Positions 1 to 11,841 are shown, counted from the stretch's first letter. The stretch is DNA of 64,000 nt from an uncultured bacterium (GCA_963744715.1 CAVUUR010000009.1:102864-166863), one strand, 5' to 3'. Made by a program: numbers and translations. The notes: generated by a model not told the origin, from the sequence alone.

Positions 1-99
1 CATAAGCGTATTTTAGATATTGTTGCTCCTTCAGACCAAACAATGGATGCGCTTATGAAATTGAGTATTTCATCAGGCGTAGACGTTGAAATTCGATAA
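1..99 (+). CDS. rpsJ: 30S ribosomal protein S10, 3' end (partial)
   Basis: Frame 1 reads [32 protein letters not shown], the S10 C-terminus, directly upstream of rplC. Confidence 0.95.
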   Translation, partial: HKRILDIVAPSDQTMDALMKLSISSGVDVEIR

Positions 100-115
100 T
101 TAGAAAGGTCTTGAA

Positions 116-736
116 ATGTTAAGAGGTGTTTGGGGGAAAAAAATAGGAATGACACAATTTTTTTCTGAAAATGATGGTGTGATTCCTGTAACAGTTATTA
201 ATCTTGCTGATTGGATTGTTACTGTTATAAAAAATAAGCAACGTGATGGCTATGATGCTATTCAGGTTGGTTGTAAAAGAGAGAAATATGCCGATCAAGC
301 ATTTTCGAATGAATGGTTGAAAAAGCCAAAACAATATTTTGGTTTTTTAAGAGAAATTAAAGTAGCTGATGCAAATCACGGTTATGAAGTTGGTCAATCA
401 ATTGATTTTGGTTCTGCATTATCAATTGGTGAAAAAGTTAATGTTCGTGGTACAACCAAAGGATACGGATTTCAAGGTGTTGTAAAAAGACATGGTTTCC
501 GTGGAGGCTCAGCAAGTCATGGCCCCCGCTTTGGAAGATGGCCTGGCTCAGTTGGTGCCTTTAGATCACAAGGTAAGGTTATTAAAGGGAAGCGATTGCC
601 GGGGCACATGGGTTGTACGCAACGAGTTATGCGACAATTAGAAGTAATAAATATTGAACCAGCATCACGAATTGCTCTTGTAAAAGGATCAGTTCCTGGT
701 AGTTCCGGTTCGTTGGTATTCATGCAGAAAGCGTAG
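116..736 (+). CDS. rplC: 50S ribosomal protein L3
   Basis: GKKIGMTQ, KGYGFQGVVKRHGF and LPGHMG motifs; operon position. Confidence 0.98.
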   Translation: MLRGVWGKKIGMTQFFSENDGVIPVTVINLADWIVTVIKNKQRDGYDAIQVGCKREKYADQAFSNEWLKKPKQYFGFLREIKVADANHGYEVGQSIDFGSALSIGEKVNVRGTTKGYGFQGVVKRHGFRGGSASHGPRFGRWPGSVGAFRSQGKVIKGKRLPGHMGCTQRVMRQLEVINIEPASRIALVKGSVPGSSGSLVFMQKA

Positions 737-744
737 GTTAAATA

Positions 745-1404
745 ATGTGTGCGCAAAAAGCAGCTAAAACTAATGATATTGCACAAGGTAGTATTGTAGA
801 GAAATTGACACGTAAAAATTTTGACGCAGAACTGCCGCAAAGAAATCTTGATAAAGCAAGCTTTGCTATATATATTCGGCAATTATTACAGAATTGGCGT
901 CAAGGAACGGTTGCCTGTAAAGGACGTTCTGACGTTAGTTATGCCAATAGAAAGCCATGGAAGCAAAAAGGAACAGGCCGTGCTCGTGCAGGGTCTGCAC
1001 GTTCTCCACTGTGGAGAGGCGGCGGTATTATTCATGGGCCTCAGAAACGTGTGCGTACCTTAAAAACATCTAAGCAATTGCGTAGTGGTGTTTTAAATAC
1101 GTTGTTCTGGAATTATTTAGAACAAGGAAAAATTGCGTATTTAGATTGGACATTAACGCATGACACGCCTAAAACGTCTCATGCATATAAAGCATTGCAA
1201 AGTGCGAAGTTATTAGATCATAAAATTGCGATTTTTTTATCGCCAGATGATGCCGCGCATTATTCTTCATTTGCAAACATTAAGAATGTAAAAGTACTTT
1301 TTTTTGATGAAGCAAATGCTTATAGCGTAGCGTCAAATGATCGTTTGATTTTTTTGAAAAAAGATTTTGATGCATTTAAGGAAATGGTGGCCAAATGGCT
1401 TTAA
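745..1404 (+). CDS. rplD: 50S ribosomal protein L4
   Basis: [26 protein letters not shown] motif. Confidence 0.98.
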   Translation: MCAQKAAKTNDIAQGSIVEKLTRKNFDAELPQRNLDKASFAIYIRQLLQNWRQGTVACKGRSDVSYANRKPWKQKGTGRARAGSARSPLWRGGGIIHGPQKRVRTLKTSKQLRSGVLNTLFWNYLEQGKIAYLDWTLTHDTPKTSHAYKALQSAKLLDHKIAIFLSPDDAAHYSSFANIKNVKVLFFDEANAYSVASNDRLIFLKKDFDAFKEMVAKWL

Positions 1405-1742
1405 CAATTTATGATGTTATACAAAAGCCTATTGTTACCAGTAAGGCTTCTGAATTAGCAAGAAAATTTAATCAATATACTTTACAAGTTCATCCTGATG
1501 CAAATAAACCATTGATTGCTGAAGCATTAAAAAAATTATTTAATGTTTTAGTTAAAGATATAAACATTATAGTTCGTCAGGGAAAAAATCGTACTTTTAA
1601 AAGAATTAAAAGTAAAGGGAAGTTAACTAAGCGAGCTATTGTTACCTTGAAGGCTGGATATTCTTTAAGCGTAGCAGAAGGTCAAGGTTTACCGACAGAG
1701 CAAAGAACTGTTGAGCAATCAGAAGTGATGACGAAGGAATAG
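1395..1742 (+). CDS. rplW: 50S ribosomal protein L23
   Basis: V-H-P-D-A-N-K and KRAIVTL motifs; operon position; short C-terminal extension. Confidence 0.95.
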   Translation: MALTIYDVIQKPIVTSKASELARKFNQYTLQVHPDANKPLIAEALKKLFNVLVKDINIIVRQGKNRTFKRIKSKGKLTKRAIVTLKAGYSLSVAEGQGLPTEQRTVEQSEVMTKE

Positions 1743-1748
1743 GATCTT

Positions 1749-2564
1749 ATGGCTATAGTAACGCGAAAACCAAGAAATTCTTCATTGCGAGCTCAAACAT
1801 TTCTTAGTTCGACCGATTTGACAACGAATACTCCCGAAAAATCGTTAATCGTTGGATTACGAAAAAAAGGCGGCAGAAATGCTTATGGCCGTATAACGGT
1901 AAGGCATAGAGGCGGCGGTGCTCAACGAAAATATCGTATTATTGATTTTAAACGAGTTGAGCGCGATGTTCCTGGCTCGATTGTTTCAATAGAGTATGAC
2001 CCAAATCGTAATGTTCGAATAGGGTTAGTCGTCTATGAAAATGGCGTAAAATGCTACATATTAATGCCGGATGGATTAGGCGTAGGAGCTAAAGTTTTAG
2101 CCGGAACAAACGTTGATCCTAAAACCGGTAATTGTTTGCCGTTAAAATCAATTCCCGTTGGTTTTATGGTGCATAATATTGAAATGAGACCTGGCTCGGG
2201 CGGAAAATTAGCACGAAGTGCTGGTATGTCTGCTCAAATAATGGCCAAAGATGATAATAATGTTACGCTTAAAATGCCATCTGGTGAAATTAGGATGGTA
2301 AATAATAATTGTTGGGCAACGGTAGGTGTTCTTGGTAATGCCGATCATAAAAACATTGTTATTGGTAAAGCTGGCAGAACAAGACATTTGGGTTTTAGAC
2401 CTTCAGTTCGTGGTATGGCTATGAACCCGGTTGACCATCCACATGGTGGTGGTGAAGGTCGTTCTAAATCTGGTTCGCATCCGACAACTCCATGGGGTAA
2501 AGGTTGCAAAGGTACCAGAACAAGAAGACGTAAAAATCCGTTGATTTTAAAGAGACGTAGATAG
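1749..2564 (+). CDS. rplB: 50S ribosomal protein L2
   Basis: [17 protein letters not shown] and [13 protein letters not shown] motifs. Confidence 0.99.
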   Translation: MAIVTRKPRNSSLRAQTFLSSTDLTTNTPEKSLIVGLRKKGGRNAYGRITVRHRGGGAQRKYRIIDFKRVERDVPGSIVSIEYDPNRNVRIGLVVYENGVKCYILMPDGLGVGAKVLAGTNVDPKTGNCLPLKSIPVGFMVHNIEMRPGSGGKLARSAGMSAQIMAKDDNNVTLKMPSGEIRMVNNNCWATVGVLGNADHKNIVIGKAGRTRHLGFRPSVRGMAMNPVDHPHGGGEGRSKSGSHPTTPWGKGCKGTRTRRRKNPLILKRRR

Positions 2565-2590
2565 TTCGTCATTATAGGAAAGAAATAATA

Positions 2591-2875
2591 ATGGCAAGAT
2601 CGATTAGTAAAGGACCATTTGTTGATGAATCTCTTATGAAAAAGATTCAAAAACTTAAAAGTAGTGGTAAGCGAGATGTTGTTAAAACATGGTCAAGACG
2701 TAGTATGGTGATACCAGACTTTGTTGGATTGACTATAGCAGTGCACAATGGGAAAAAATTTATCCCTGTTTTTGTTACTGAAAATATGGTAGGACATTAT
2801 TTAGGAGAATTTGCGCCGACAAGAACTTTTAGAGTGCATAGCGGACAACGCAAGGCTGGCGCAACTCCGGAATAA
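2591..2875 (+). CDS. rpsS: 30S ribosomal protein S19
   Basis: KTWSRRS, HNGK and [11 protein letters not shown] motifs. Confidence 0.99.
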   Translation: MARSISKGPFVDESLMKKIQKLKSSGKRDVVKTWSRRSMVIPDFVGLTIAVHNGKKFIPVFVTENMVGHYLGEFAPTRTFRVHSGQRKAGATPE

Positions 2876-2973
2876 TTATAATCACCAGACATTTGTATAA
2901 AAATTATTTATACTAGTTTAAATATGATAAAGAATACGTTTTTATTAGGTGATTTACATACGTAAGGAAAAAA

Positions 2974-3321
2974 ATGCAATTTGTTGCAAAGGCGAAATTT
3001 ATACGTTATTCGCCATATAAATTAAGACCTTTAGCTGATGTGATTAGAGGGAAAAAAATACCCTATGCTTTAGGCTGGTTGGCAACGCATCAAACAAGAA
3101 GGGTAAGCCCTTTAAAAAAAATGATAGAATCAGCGGTTGCTAATGCAAAACAATTGAAGAACGTTAATCCTGAAGATCTTGTTATTAAAGATCTCCGCAT
3201 TGATCAAGGGCCAATATTTAAGTATTTTAAGCCCGGAGCAATGGGAAGAGCGGTTATATTAAGAAAGCGATTTAGTCATTTAAGTGTTATATTAGAAAAT
3301 AAGTCACAAGAAGAGGTATAG
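2974..3321 (+). CDS. rplV: 50S ribosomal protein L22
   Basis: SPYKLR..ADVIRG, SAVANA and GRA..I.KR.SH motifs. Confidence 0.97.
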   Translation: MQFVAKAKFIRYSPYKLRPLADVIRGKKIPYALGWLATHQTRRVSPLKKMIESAVANAKQLKNVNPEDLVIKDLRIDQGPIFKYFKPGAMGRAVILRKRFSHLSVILENKSQEEV

Positions 3322-3322
3322 C

Positions 3323-3955
3323 GTGGGTCAAAAAGTTAATCCTAGAGGATTCAGGCTAGGGATTTATGGCGATTGGGATGCTCGTTGGTTTGCACGAGAT
3401 TCTTACGGCAAGCAAATTATTGAAGATATTAAGTTAAGAAAATATCTTAGTAAAATTCTTGATGGTGCTGAAGTTGCTCGAACAGAAATTGAAAAAGCTG
3501 GCGACAACATAAAAATTATTGTTCATTCAGCTCGTCCAGGCGTTGTTATTGGTAAAAAAGGCCAAGACATCGAAGGATTAAGAAAAGAGATTGCTACGCA
3601 ATTGAAAAAAACAGGCGTTGAAGTATCAGTACAAGAAGTAAAAACTCCTGAATTAAATGCAACGTTAGTAGCTAAGAATATTGCTACACAATTGGAAAAA
3701 CGAGCTAGTTATAAGCAAGCAATGAAAAAAGCAGCAGATACTTGCATGAGAGCAGGCGCTAAAGGTGTTAAAATTCGTTGTGCTGGTCGATTAGCTGGTG
3801 CTGAAATTGCTCGGGAAGAATGGACACGTAGAGGAGCTGTTCCTTTACATACATTAAGATCAGATATCGATTATGGTTTTGCGGAAGCAATAACAACATA
3901 CGGTAAAATTGGTGTTAAGGTCTGGATTTGCAAGGGTGATTTTCAAATAATTTGA
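3323..3955 (+). CDS. rpsC: 30S ribosomal protein S3
   Basis: [21 protein letters not shown] and [10 protein letters not shown] motifs; GTG start. Confidence 0.99.
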   Translation: MGQKVNPRGFRLGIYGDWDARWFARDSYGKQIIEDIKLRKYLSKILDGAEVARTEIEKAGDNIKIIVHSARPGVVIGKKGQDIEGLRKEIATQLKKTGVEVSVQEVKTPELNATLVAKNIATQLEKRASYKQAMKKAADTCMRAGAKGVKIRCAGRLAGAEIAREEWTRRGAVPLHTLRSDIDYGFAEAITTYGKIGVKVWICKGDFQII

Positions 3956-3980
3956 TAATACGGTATGTGGAAGTAAAATT

Positions 3981-4412
3981 ATGTTATTAATGCCAAAAAA
4001 AACTAAATATCGTAAAGTGCAAAAAGGACGTTTAAAAGGTATCTCTAAAGGTGCGCTAACGGTTGCTTTCGGTGATTATGGACTCAAAGCAGTTGAAGCT
4101 TCTCGGTTAACAGCTCAACAAATAGAAGCAGTTAGAATTACCATTTCTCGTCAGCTAAAAAAAGGTGGTAAGCTTTATTTACGCGTTTTCCCTGATAAGC
4201 CGGTTACCAAAAAACCTGCAGAAACACGTATGGGTAAAGGTAAAGGTAATCCAGAGCTATGGGTTGCCGTAGTAAAAAGAGGCCGTATAATGTTTGAAGT
4301 GCAGGGGTTAGAAGAAAAAGAGGCTAAAGAAGTGCTAAAGTTAGCGGCTTATAAGCTTCCTATGAAAACGCAAATTGTGAAGAAATTGGTGGAAGATCAT
4401 GAACAAAAATAA
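3981..4412 (+). CDS. rplP: 50S ribosomal protein L16
   Basis: [20 protein letters not shown] motif. Confidence 0.99.
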   Translation: MLLMPKKTKYRKVQKGRLKGISKGALTVAFGDYGLKAVEASRLTAQQIEAVRITISRQLKKGGKLYLRVFPDKPVTKKPAETRMGKGKGNPELWVAVVKRGRIMFEVQGLEEKEAKEVLKLAAYKLPMKTQIVKKLVEDHEQK

Positions 4413-4596
4413 TGTAGAATTTAAAACGATGTCCAAAGATCAGCTTTATAAACAGGTTGAGACATTACGTGGTGAATTATTTAGTTTAAGGCTTAATGGC
4501 ACGGCATCACACATCAAAGACTATTCACAATTTAAAAAATTAAAAAGAGCAATAGCAAGAGCGCTAACGCATTTACGCCAAAAAATACAGGATTAA
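4399..4596 (+). CDS. rpmC: 50S ribosomal protein L29
   Basis: ELFSLR and KRAIARALT motifs; operon position. Confidence 0.93.
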   Translation: MNKNNVEFKTMSKDQLYKQVETLRGELFSLRLNGTASHIKDYSQFKKLKRAIARALTHLRQKIQD

Positions 4597-4613
4597 TTAG
4601 TTAAAGGTAATCA

Positions 4614-4880
4614 ATGGTTGAAGTAGAAAAAACCAAAAAACAAATTTTTCGCGGACGCGTAATTTCAGACAAAATGGATAAAACTATTATTGTTGAACAT
4701 GATAGAACGTATAGAGATCCGCAGGTTCACAAGGTTGTGCAGATAACTAAAAAATATAAGGTGCACGACCAACAAGAACGAGCCAAAGTAGGTGATATTG
4801 TTGAGTTTTATGAAGGCCGCCCGCTTTCAAAAACAAAATATATGTATTTAGCTCAGATTATTACTGAGAACAAGGATTAA
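4614..4880 (+). CDS. rpsQ: 30S ribosomal protein S17
   Basis: G.VISDKMDKTI.V, VHD and RPLSKTK motifs. Confidence 0.97.
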   Translation: MVEVEKTKKQIFRGRVISDKMDKTIIVEHDRTYRDPQVHKVVQITKKYKVHDQQERAKVGDIVEFYEGRPLSKTKYMYLAQIITENKD

Positions 4881-4893
4881 TTGAGGTAACAAC

Positions 4894-5277
4894 ATGATAC
4901 AAAAGCAAACTTATTTAGAAGTTGCAGATAACTCAGGAGCTAAAGAGGTGCAGTGCATTCACATCGTAGGAGGCACTCGCAAGCGATATGCATACCTTGG
5001 AGATAGAATTAAATGCGCAGTAAAAAGAGCTATTCCGGGTGGCTTAGTAAAAAAGGGACAAGTGGTAGACGCAGTGATTGTGCGTACGGTAAAAGAATTT
5101 CGTCGTGAAGATGGTAGCTACATACGTTTTAGCGATAACGCGGCAGTAATTCTTGATAAAGAAGGTAAGCCAGTTGGTACGCGAATTTTTGGACCTATCG
5201 CACGGGAATTACGTCCAAAAAATAAAGAAAAAGCAAAATATTCAGACATAGTTTCTCGTGCTCCAGAAGTTTTATAG
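4894..5277 (+). CDS. rplN: 50S ribosomal protein L14
   Basis: [20 protein letters not shown] and APEVL motifs. Confidence 0.99.
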   Translation: MIQKQTYLEVADNSGAKEVQCIHIVGGTRKRYAYLGDRIKCAVKRAIPGGLVKKGQVVDAVIVRTVKEFRREDGSYIRFSDNAAVILDKEGKPVGTRIFGPIARELRPKNKEKAKYSDIVSRAPEVL

Positions 5278-5287
5278 TGAGGTTATT

Positions 5288-5599
5288 ATGATGCGTATAA
5301 AGAAAAATGATACTGTTTGCATTATAACGGGTAAAGATAAAAATAAAACAGGAAAAGTAATTGAAATTTTGCATAAAAAAGATAAAGTAATGATTAAAGG
5401 TCTTGCCCTTTCTACGAAACATCTTAAACCACGTAGACAAGGTGAGGTTGCTGGTATTAAAGAAGTGGAAAATTATATACATAGTTCAAAAGTTATGCCA
5501 GTATGTACTTCTTGTAATAAGCCTGTTCGTGTGAATGCAAAAACGATTGATACTGGTCAGAAAGTTAGAATTTGTAATCAGTGCAAAGAAATTTTTTAA
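5288..5599 (+). CDS. rplX: 50S ribosomal protein L24
   Basis: KOW motif IKKNDTV.IITGKDK.K.G.V; start moved to the ATG after a GAGG Shine-Dalgarno site. Confidence 0.96.
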   Translation: MMRIKKNDTVCIITGKDKNKTGKVIEILHKKDKVMIKGLALSTKHLKPRRQGEVAGIKEVENYIHSSKVMPVCTSCNKPVRVNAKTIDTGQKVRICNQCKEIF

Positions 5600-5617
5600 G
5601 GTTTTCAAGGATTATCA

Positions 5618-6163
5618 ATGGCTCAAGTGCGCTTAGAAGAATTATATAGACAGTCGGTTCCTCAACTACAAAAAGATTTAGGCTTTGCTAACGTTATGGA
5701 AGTGCCAAAGTTATTAAAGATTGTTCTTAATGTAGGAATAAAAGAATCCGACAGTAAAGTGATGAAAACAGTAGTAAAAATAATCGAGCGTATTTCTGGC
5801 CAAATGCCAGTAAAAACTCTTGCAAAAAAGTCTATTGCAGGATTCAAAATTAGAGAGGGAATGCCTCTTGGCGTTATGGTAACATTACGCAAAAAAAGAA
5901 TGTATGAATTTTTGGATAGACTTATTAGTTTAGCGTTGCCAAAAGTTAAAGATTTCCAAGGGATTTCATTAAAGTCTTTTGATGGACGTGGAAATTATAA
6001 TCTCGGTATTAAAGAATGGATTATTTTTCCTGAAGCAGAAAGTAATGTTGATGAATTTGTTGGTGGATTAAATATAACAATCCATACAACGGCAAAAAAA
6101 GATAAAGAAGGCTTATTGTTACTTAAGAGTTTCGGCATGCCTTTTGTTAAAGCAAAGAATTGA
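5618..6163 (+). CDS. rplE: 50S ribosomal protein L5
   Basis: AKKSIAGFKIREG and FDGRGNYNLG motifs. Confidence 0.99.
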   Translation: MAQVRLEELYRQSVPQLQKDLGFANVMEVPKLLKIVLNVGIKESDSKVMKTVVKIIERISGQMPVKTLAKKSIAGFKIREGMPLGVMVTLRKKRMYEFLDRLISLALPKVKDFQGISLKSFDGRGNYNLGIKEWIIFPEAESNVDEFVGGLNITIHTTAKKDKEGLLLLKSFGMPFVKAKN

Positions 6164-6172
6164 GGTCTTGCA

Positions 6173-6358
6173 ATGGCTAGAAAAGCAATGATAGAAAAAT
6201 CGAATAAAACACCTAAATTTGCTGTTCGACAAAGAAACAGATGTAAATTATGTGGTAGACCTCGTGGATATATGCGGTTATTTAAAATGTGTAGGATGTG
6301 TTTTAGAAAGTCAGCTTTAGATGGATTAATGCCTGGCGTGAAGAAATTAAGTTGGTAA
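6173..6358 (+). CDS. rpsN: 30S ribosomal protein S14 (zinc-binding, type Z)
   Basis: RCKLCGRPR...CRMCFR; 61 aa. Confidence 0.98.
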   Translation: MARKAMIEKSNKTPKFAVRQRNRCKLCGRPRGYMRLFKMCRMCFRKSALDGLMPGVKKLSW

Positions 6359-6380
6359 ACCATAAAGGAATTAGAAATAT

Positions 6381-6773
6381 ATGGATTCAATTGGAGACTT
6401 TTTAACCATTATCCGTAATGGACTTATGCTTGGCAAGCCATCGATAGTTGATTCATATTCAACAATGAAATTTAATATTGCGCAAGTTCTTAAGCGTGAA
6501 GGTTTTATTAAAGGTTTTGAAATTACTGATAGTGAAACTCCTGCTAAAAAGAAAATTGCTATTCTTTTAAAATATGTTGATGGTGAATCTGTTATTCATG
6601 AAATTACGAGAGCAAGTAAGCCAGGTAGACGTTATTATGCAAAAAGTAAAAATATAAAACCAGTAATAGGAAAATTAGGAATATCTATTCTCACGACCAA
6701 TAAAGGCATTATTACAGACAAGCAAGCTGCAGAATTGTCTGTTGGTGGGGAAGTTATTTGCTCAGTTTGGTAA
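6381..6773 (+). CDS. rpsH: 30S ribosomal protein S8
   Basis: D.I.DFLT.IRN, SKPGRR.Y and GGEVIC.VW motifs. Confidence 0.98.
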   Translation: MDSIGDFLTIIRNGLMLGKPSIVDSYSTMKFNIAQVLKREGFIKGFEITDSETPAKKKIAILLKYVDGESVIHEITRASKPGRRYYAKSKNIKPVIGKLGISILTTNKGIITDKQAAELSVGGEVICSVW

Positions 6774-6783
6774 AGGTGCTTTG

Positions 6784-7323
6784 ATGTCTAAAATTGGAAG
6801 AAAACCAATTGATTTGGGAACTGTTCAGGTTGAACTGAAAAATAATACCGTTTTTTACAAAGGTAAAAAAGGATCAGGGGAACACGTTTTGCCTAGCGCT
6901 TTACGTGCGCACCTTATTGATCATGCGCTGAAATTAGAGTGTTTGGAATCATCTAGAAAAAATAACATGTTATGGGGACTTCATAGAGCTCTCCTTGCTA
7001 ATGAAATTCAAGGAATTGATTCTGGTTTCCAAGAAGTTGTTAATATTAGTGGATTAGGTTTTAAAGCTGTTTTGGCTGGTAAGGTATTGACCTTTTCATT
7101 GGGGTACAGTCATAAAATTCAATTTCCATTGCCAGAAGGCATAGATGTTGAAGTTGATAAAACTGGTCAAAATGTAACTATTAAGGGCAAAAATCGTCAG
7201 TTAGTAGGTTTAACAGCTTCTAAAATTCGAGCATTAAGACCAGTTGAGCCGTATAAGGCTACTGGAATAAAGAGAGCAGGGGAAGTAGTTTTACGCAAAG
7301 CTGGAAAAACAAAAGCTGCTTAA
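6784..7323 (+). CDS. rplF: 50S ribosomal protein L6
   Basis: MSKIGRKPI start, LGYSH and RPVEPYK motifs. Confidence 0.98.
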   Translation: MSKIGRKPIDLGTVQVELKNNTVFYKGKKGSGEHVLPSALRAHLIDHALKLECLESSRKNNMLWGLHRALLANEIQGIDSGFQEVVNISGLGFKAVLAGKVLTFSLGYSHKIQFPLPEGIDVEVDKTGQNVTIKGKNRQLVGLTASKIRALRPVEPYKATGIKRAGEVVLRKAGKTKAA

Positions 7324-7342
7324 TAGGTAATAAGGGTTAATC

Positions 7343-7693
7343 GTGTCTTTACTAAGAAAACTTAAAATAAAAAGAGAAAAACGAGCTCAAAGAGTTCACA
7401 AAGCTATTAAAAAGAGTGAATTATTGAGAGTTTCTGTTTTTAAAAGCCTTAATCACATTTATGGTCAAATAATTGATGACAGCAAGCAAGTTACCTTAGT
7501 AAGTTGCTCGTCATTAGAATTAGATGCTAAGGGTGACAAAAAATCAGTCGCGAAGGCCGTTGGATTAGAGCTTGCGCGCAGAGCAATTGATAAAGGATTG
7601 CAGAAAGTGGCTTTTGATAGGGGTCGTTTTTCGTATCAAGGACGTATTAAAGAGCTTGCTGAAGGACTTCGCGAGGGTGGGCTAACCGTTTAA
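7343..7693 (+). CDS. rplR: 50S ribosomal protein L18
   Basis: SVFKS..HIY.QIIDD and FDRG...Y.GRIK motifs. Confidence 0.97.
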   Translation: MSLLRKLKIKREKRAQRVHKAIKKSELLRVSVFKSLNHIYGQIIDDSKQVTLVSCSSLELDAKGDKKSVAKAVGLELARRAIDKGLQKVAFDRGRFSYQGRIKELAEGLREGGLTV

Positions 7694-7717
7694 CAAGATG
7701 ATAATTTAGGAAAAAAT

Positions 7718-8236
7718 ATGTCTCAGGATCGTAAAGAAAAAAATTTTTTAGACACCGTTGTTAGTGTCAGACGAGTTACAAAAGTTACTAAGGGTGGAAA
7801 AAGATTTTCATTCTCAGCTTTTGTAGTATCAGGTGATCAACAAGGTAACGTTGGTTTTGGAATAGGCAAAAGTAACGAAGTTTCGTCAGCTATTGCTAAA
7901 GGCACTATAAAGGCCCGTAAAGATATGGTTGCAATACCAATTCGTAATAAGACAATTTCTTATAGTATTGTGGGTAAACACGGTGCTAGTAAAGTTCTTA
8001 TTAAATCTGCTTGCAAAGGTACAGGCGTTATTGCCGGCGGTGCGGTTCGTGCTATTATGAAAGCAGCGGGAATAGAAGATGTTTTAGCTAAATCTTTTGG
8101 ATCTTCTAATAAACAAAATGTTGTTAAAGCAGCACTTAATGCTTTAGCTAAATTACGTAGTATTCAACAAATAGGGCATTTGCGAGGAAAAACTATTGAA
8201 GAAATAGTGAAGGGAAGCCATGTCTCAGTTAAGTAG
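7718..8236 (+). CDS. rpsE: 30S ribosomal protein S5
   Basis: [14 protein letters not shown] and GTGVIAGG motifs. Confidence 0.99.
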   Translation: MSQDRKEKNFLDTVVSVRRVTKVTKGGKRFSFSAFVVSGDQQGNVGFGIGKSNEVSSAIAKGTIKARKDMVAIPIRNKTISYSIVGKHGASKVLIKSACKGTGVIAGGAVRAIMKAAGIEDVLAKSFGSSNKQNVVKAALNALAKLRSIQQIGHLRGKTIEEIVKGSHVSVK

Positions 8237-8667
8237 TTTGACAAGTTTAGTCAAAAAAAGAAAAAGAATTGGACGAGGTGGGAGCAGAGGGGGTACTTCT
8301 GGTAGAGGTAATAAAGGACAAAAGGCGCGCACCGGTCATTCAACGATGAGAGCCGCTTTTGAAGGCGGTCAAATGCCATTGGTCCGTCGTCTGCCAAAAC
8401 GCGGTTTTAATAATAAGCCATTTCAAAAAGAATTCGAAATTATAAATATTGATAGACTTGGAACTTCTATTTGAAATGGGTGAACAGTTACTAAAGATGC
8501 ATTAATTGAAAAAGGTGCAATTAGAGGTAAAAAGGGCGCATTATTAAAGGTACTGGGAAATGGTTCTTTAGTAAAAAAATTATCGTTCATGCAGATGCTA
8601 TTAGTAAAAATGCAAAAAAGCAATAGAAAAGTGTGGCGGAGAGGTTCAATTAACCAAGGAGATTTAA
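8220..8667 (+). CDS. rplO: 50S ribosomal protein L15 (apparent frameshifts, probably sequence error)
   Basis: [17 protein letters not shown] and [16 protein letters not shown]; the C-terminal part (LKVLGNG..., GGEVQL) continues in other frames to TAA at 8665-8667. Confidence 0.9.
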
Positions 8668-8670
8668 GTA

Positions 8671-9988
8671 GTGATTCTCTTTAAGAATTTTAAAAATATT
8701 TTTTTTATTCCGGAGTTAAGAAAAAAATTTCTTGTTTACTTTAGGAGTTTTTATTGTTTAACAGGCTTGGGAATCATTATTCCTGTCATAGGAGTAAATG
8801 TTCCTTTGCTGGGTGAATATATGAAACGAGCAACTGGCGTTAGTGGTTTGCTTGGTTATTTGGATATTTTTTCTGGTGGAGCACTGAGTAAAGCAACAGT
8901 ATTTGCTTTGGGAATTATGCCTTATATTACTGCTTCTATTATGATGCAAATGTTGGGAATGACCATTCCTTATCTTGAGCAGTTGTTAAAAGAAGGAGAA
9001 TACGGGCGTAAAATTATTAATCAGTACACGAGATATTTAGCTCTCGCATTGAGCGTAATGTACAGTTCTGGTTATGCTTTATACCTTGAAAATGCAAATC
9101 TTGTTATTAACTCCAGGATTGGCATTTAAGTAATATTTATTCTATCCTTAATGGTTGGTTCGTTATTTGTTATGTGGCTTGCTGATCAAATATCATTACA
9201 TGGTATTGGTAATGGCAGTTCGATGATTGTTTTTGCAGGTATTGTTTCTCGATTCCCTGAATATTTTATTAAGACAATAAGCGCTTGTTGATGTTGGCAC
9301 AATGGAATTCTGGCAAGCCTTGCTTATTTTGCTTATTTTCATCTTTATTACTGGTTGCATTGTCTTTCTTGAAAAGGGTGATCGTAAAGTTCCTGTGCAA
9401 TATGCGCGCCGCGTTGTAGGGCAACGAGTGTATGGTGGTCAAAGTACCTACATACCTTTTAAAATTAACACAGCAGGTATTATGCCCGTTATTTTTGCAT
9501 CATCGGTGCTTCAATTGCCAGCTACATTAGCAGTAATGTTATCTTCTTACGGAGATGTATTCAGAAAGTTTGCAGACATGATCTCTCCCGGTGCAATTCT
9601 TTTTAACGTTATCGAGTTTTTTCTGATTGTTTTCTTCTCTTTTTTCTACACGGCATTAGTTTTTAATCCGGAAGAATTGGCTGAAAACATTAAAAAAGGT
9701 GGCGGCTATATTTTAGGAATACGTCCAGGTAAAAAAACGGCAGAATTTTTTAATTATATTCTCACGCGAATAGGATTGGTTGGTTCTGTTTATTTAGCAT
9801 TCTTAGCTCTTTTACCTAATATAATGTATGCCCTTTTTAGAATGCCATTTTATTTAAGCGGAACTTCTCTGCTTATCGTTGTAGGTGTAGCACTGGAAAC
9901 GTTTGCTCAAATAGAGTCATATTTAATAGAGCATCGTTATGAAGGTTTTTTAACAACAGGAAGATTAAAAAGTAGGATTGCGCGTTGA
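8671..9988 (+). CDS. secY: Preprotein translocase subunit SecY (apparent frameshifts)
   Basis: FALGIMPYITASI, GIGNG.S, IPFKIN.AG.MPVIFA and GTSLLIVVGV motifs spread over split ORFs 8671-9129 and 9302-9988. Confidence 0.95.
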
Positions 9989-10668
9989 GCATAAGTAAAG
10001 AAATTATTGTCTTTATAGGGCCTCCTGGTTCAGGAAAAGGGTCATTATCCAATTTATGTATTAATCAGTTTGGGTGGATTCAACTATCAACTGGGTTTTT
10101 ATGTAGAAAACATATAGCTGAACAGACGGAAATAGGCAAACAAATAGATTTTTTTATTAAATCTGGTAAGCTCATAACTGATAGCCTCGTTATTGCTATG
10201 GTAGATGATTGGTTAATAACATCTATTGATAACTATAAGGGGGTTGTTTTAGATGGGTTTCCCCGTACAATAGCGCAAGCAGAAGCGCTTGATATAATTA
10301 TTCAGAAAAAAGTGCCATCGTGCAGATTGCATGTAATTAAATTATCAATTTCTGATGATTGTGTCGTAGAACGTTTGTCACGTCGCTTTATTTGCAAAAA
10401 TAAAGATTGCCAAATGGTTTATTCTATGACGACTCAAGCTGATTTAGGGCCAAAAAAACCTAATGAATGTGACTATTGCACCGGCGAACTTGTTCGTAGA
10501 CCCGATGATGATAGTGCAATAGTTCGTGAGCGGCTTAAATCGTATCATAGCTATGAAAAAAATTTGCTTAATTTTTTTGTAAATAGTGGAAAAACTATTA
10601 CGCAAATAAATGTAGAAAAGCCGCTATATGAAGTTTTTGAAGATTTTAAGAAAATGATTGGTGTGTAA
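9985..10668 (+). CDS. adk: Adenylate kinase
   Basis: GPPGSGKG P-loop, LDGFPRT and a Cys-containing LID domain. Confidence 0.96.
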   Translation: MSISKEIIVFIGPPGSGKGSLSNLCINQFGWIQLSTGFLCRKHIAEQTEIGKQIDFFIKSGKLITDSLVIAMVDDWLITSIDNYKGVVLDGFPRTIAQAEALDIIIQKKVPSCRLHVIKLSISDDCVVERLSRRFICKNKDCQMVYSMTTQADLGPKKPNECDYCTGELVRRPDDDSAIVRERLKSYHSYEKNLLNFFVNSGKTITQINVEKPLYEVFEDFKKMIGV

Positions 10669-10673
10669 CTTTC

Positions 10674-11432
10674 ATGATAACCATTAAAAATAAGCTTGCA
10701 ATACAAAAAATGCAGACAGCAGGCGCATTGCTTGCAGAAATTTTTAGTGAACTAAGTACCTTAATGGTAGATGGTTTATCAACGCTTGAGCTTGATTGCC
10801 ACATAGAGCGTATGCTTAATGATAGACATTTAGTTTCGCAAACAAAAGGGTACAAAAGTTATAAACATGTTAGTTGTATATCGGTTAATGATGAGGTTGT
10901 GCATGGCGTTCCTCAAGCTAATAAAATAATGCGTACCGGTGATTTGATAAAAGTTGATATTTGCGCTGCTTGGAAAGGATATTGTGCTGATGGAGCACGA
11001 TGTTTTTTTATAGGTAAGCCTTCTTCAGAAAATGCTCAGCATTTAGTAGCAATAGCTCAGGAAGCATTGGAAGAAGGTATAAAAAAAGCAATACCAGGCA
11101 ATAGAGTTTCCGATATTTCAGCAGCAATTCAAAAAAAAGTTGAAGATCATGGATACAGTGTTATTCGTGATTTTGCGGGACATGGTATAGGTAAATCTAT
11201 GCATGAAGAGCCAGAGATTCTTAACTATGGCAAACCTGGCCAGGGTCCAGTATTAATGGCGGGGATGACATTTGCTCTTGAGCCTATGATAGCGCTTGGT
11301 AAACATAACGTTTACGTTGCGCATGATGGATGGACTGTAAAAACTATTGATAGAAGTTTGGCAGCTCATGTTGAAGATACTATTCTTATTTCACATGATG
11401 GACCAAAAATTTTAACTCGAAATGGGCAATAA
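10674..11432 (+). CDS. map: Methionine aminopeptidase type I
   Basis: [24 protein letters not shown] and AHVEDT motifs. Confidence 0.98.
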   Translation: MITIKNKLAIQKMQTAGALLAEIFSELSTLMVDGLSTLELDCHIERMLNDRHLVSQTKGYKSYKHVSCISVNDEVVHGVPQANKIMRTGDLIKVDICAAWKGYCADGARCFFIGKPSSENAQHLVAIAQEALEEGIKKAIPGNRVSDISAAIQKKVEDHGYSVIRDFAGHGIGKSMHEEPEILNYGKPGQGPVLMAGMTFALEPMIALGKHNVYVAHDGWTVKTIDRSLAAHVEDTILISHDGPKILTRNGQ

Positions 11433-11439
11433 GGGTTGT

Positions 11440-11667
11440 ATGAAATCAAAAAAAGAAGATGTTATCAAAGTTGATGGCATAGTAAAAGAGACGTTGTCGA
11501 ATGCTATGTTTAGGGTGGAAATTGAAGGTGGACATGTAATTTTAGCGCATGTTTCCGGTAAAATGCGCATGCATTATATAAAAATTTTACCCGGGGATAA
11601 GGTTGCCTTAGAGCTTTCACCTTATGATTTGACACGGGGAAGAATTGTATTGCGTTATAAAAATTAA
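11440..11667 (+). CDS. infA: Translation initiation factor IF-1
   Basis: [30 protein letters not shown]. Confidence 0.99.
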   Translation: MKSKKEDVIKVDGIVKETLSNAMFRVEIEGGHVILAHVSGKMRMHYIKILPGDKVALELSPYDLTRGRIVLRYKN

Positions 11668-11688
11668 ATTAGGTGTAAAGGAATTATT

Positions 11689-11805
11689 ATGAAGGTTAGA
11701 ACATCAGTAAAAAAAGTGTGTTCAAATTGTCGCGTGGTAAAACGTAAGCGTATCGTCAGGATTATTTGTGAAAAAAATCCACGGCATAAGCAACGTCAAG
11801 GATAA
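11689..11805 (+). CDS. rpmJ: 50S ribosomal protein L36 (not in ORF track)
   Basis: Translated by hand: [38 protein letters not shown]. Confidence 0.98.
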   Translation: MKVRTSVKKVCSNCRVVKRKRIVRIICEKNPRHKQRQG

Positions 11806-11841
11806 ATATGAAACTATCGGGTATTCAAGAGGATTTTTGGT

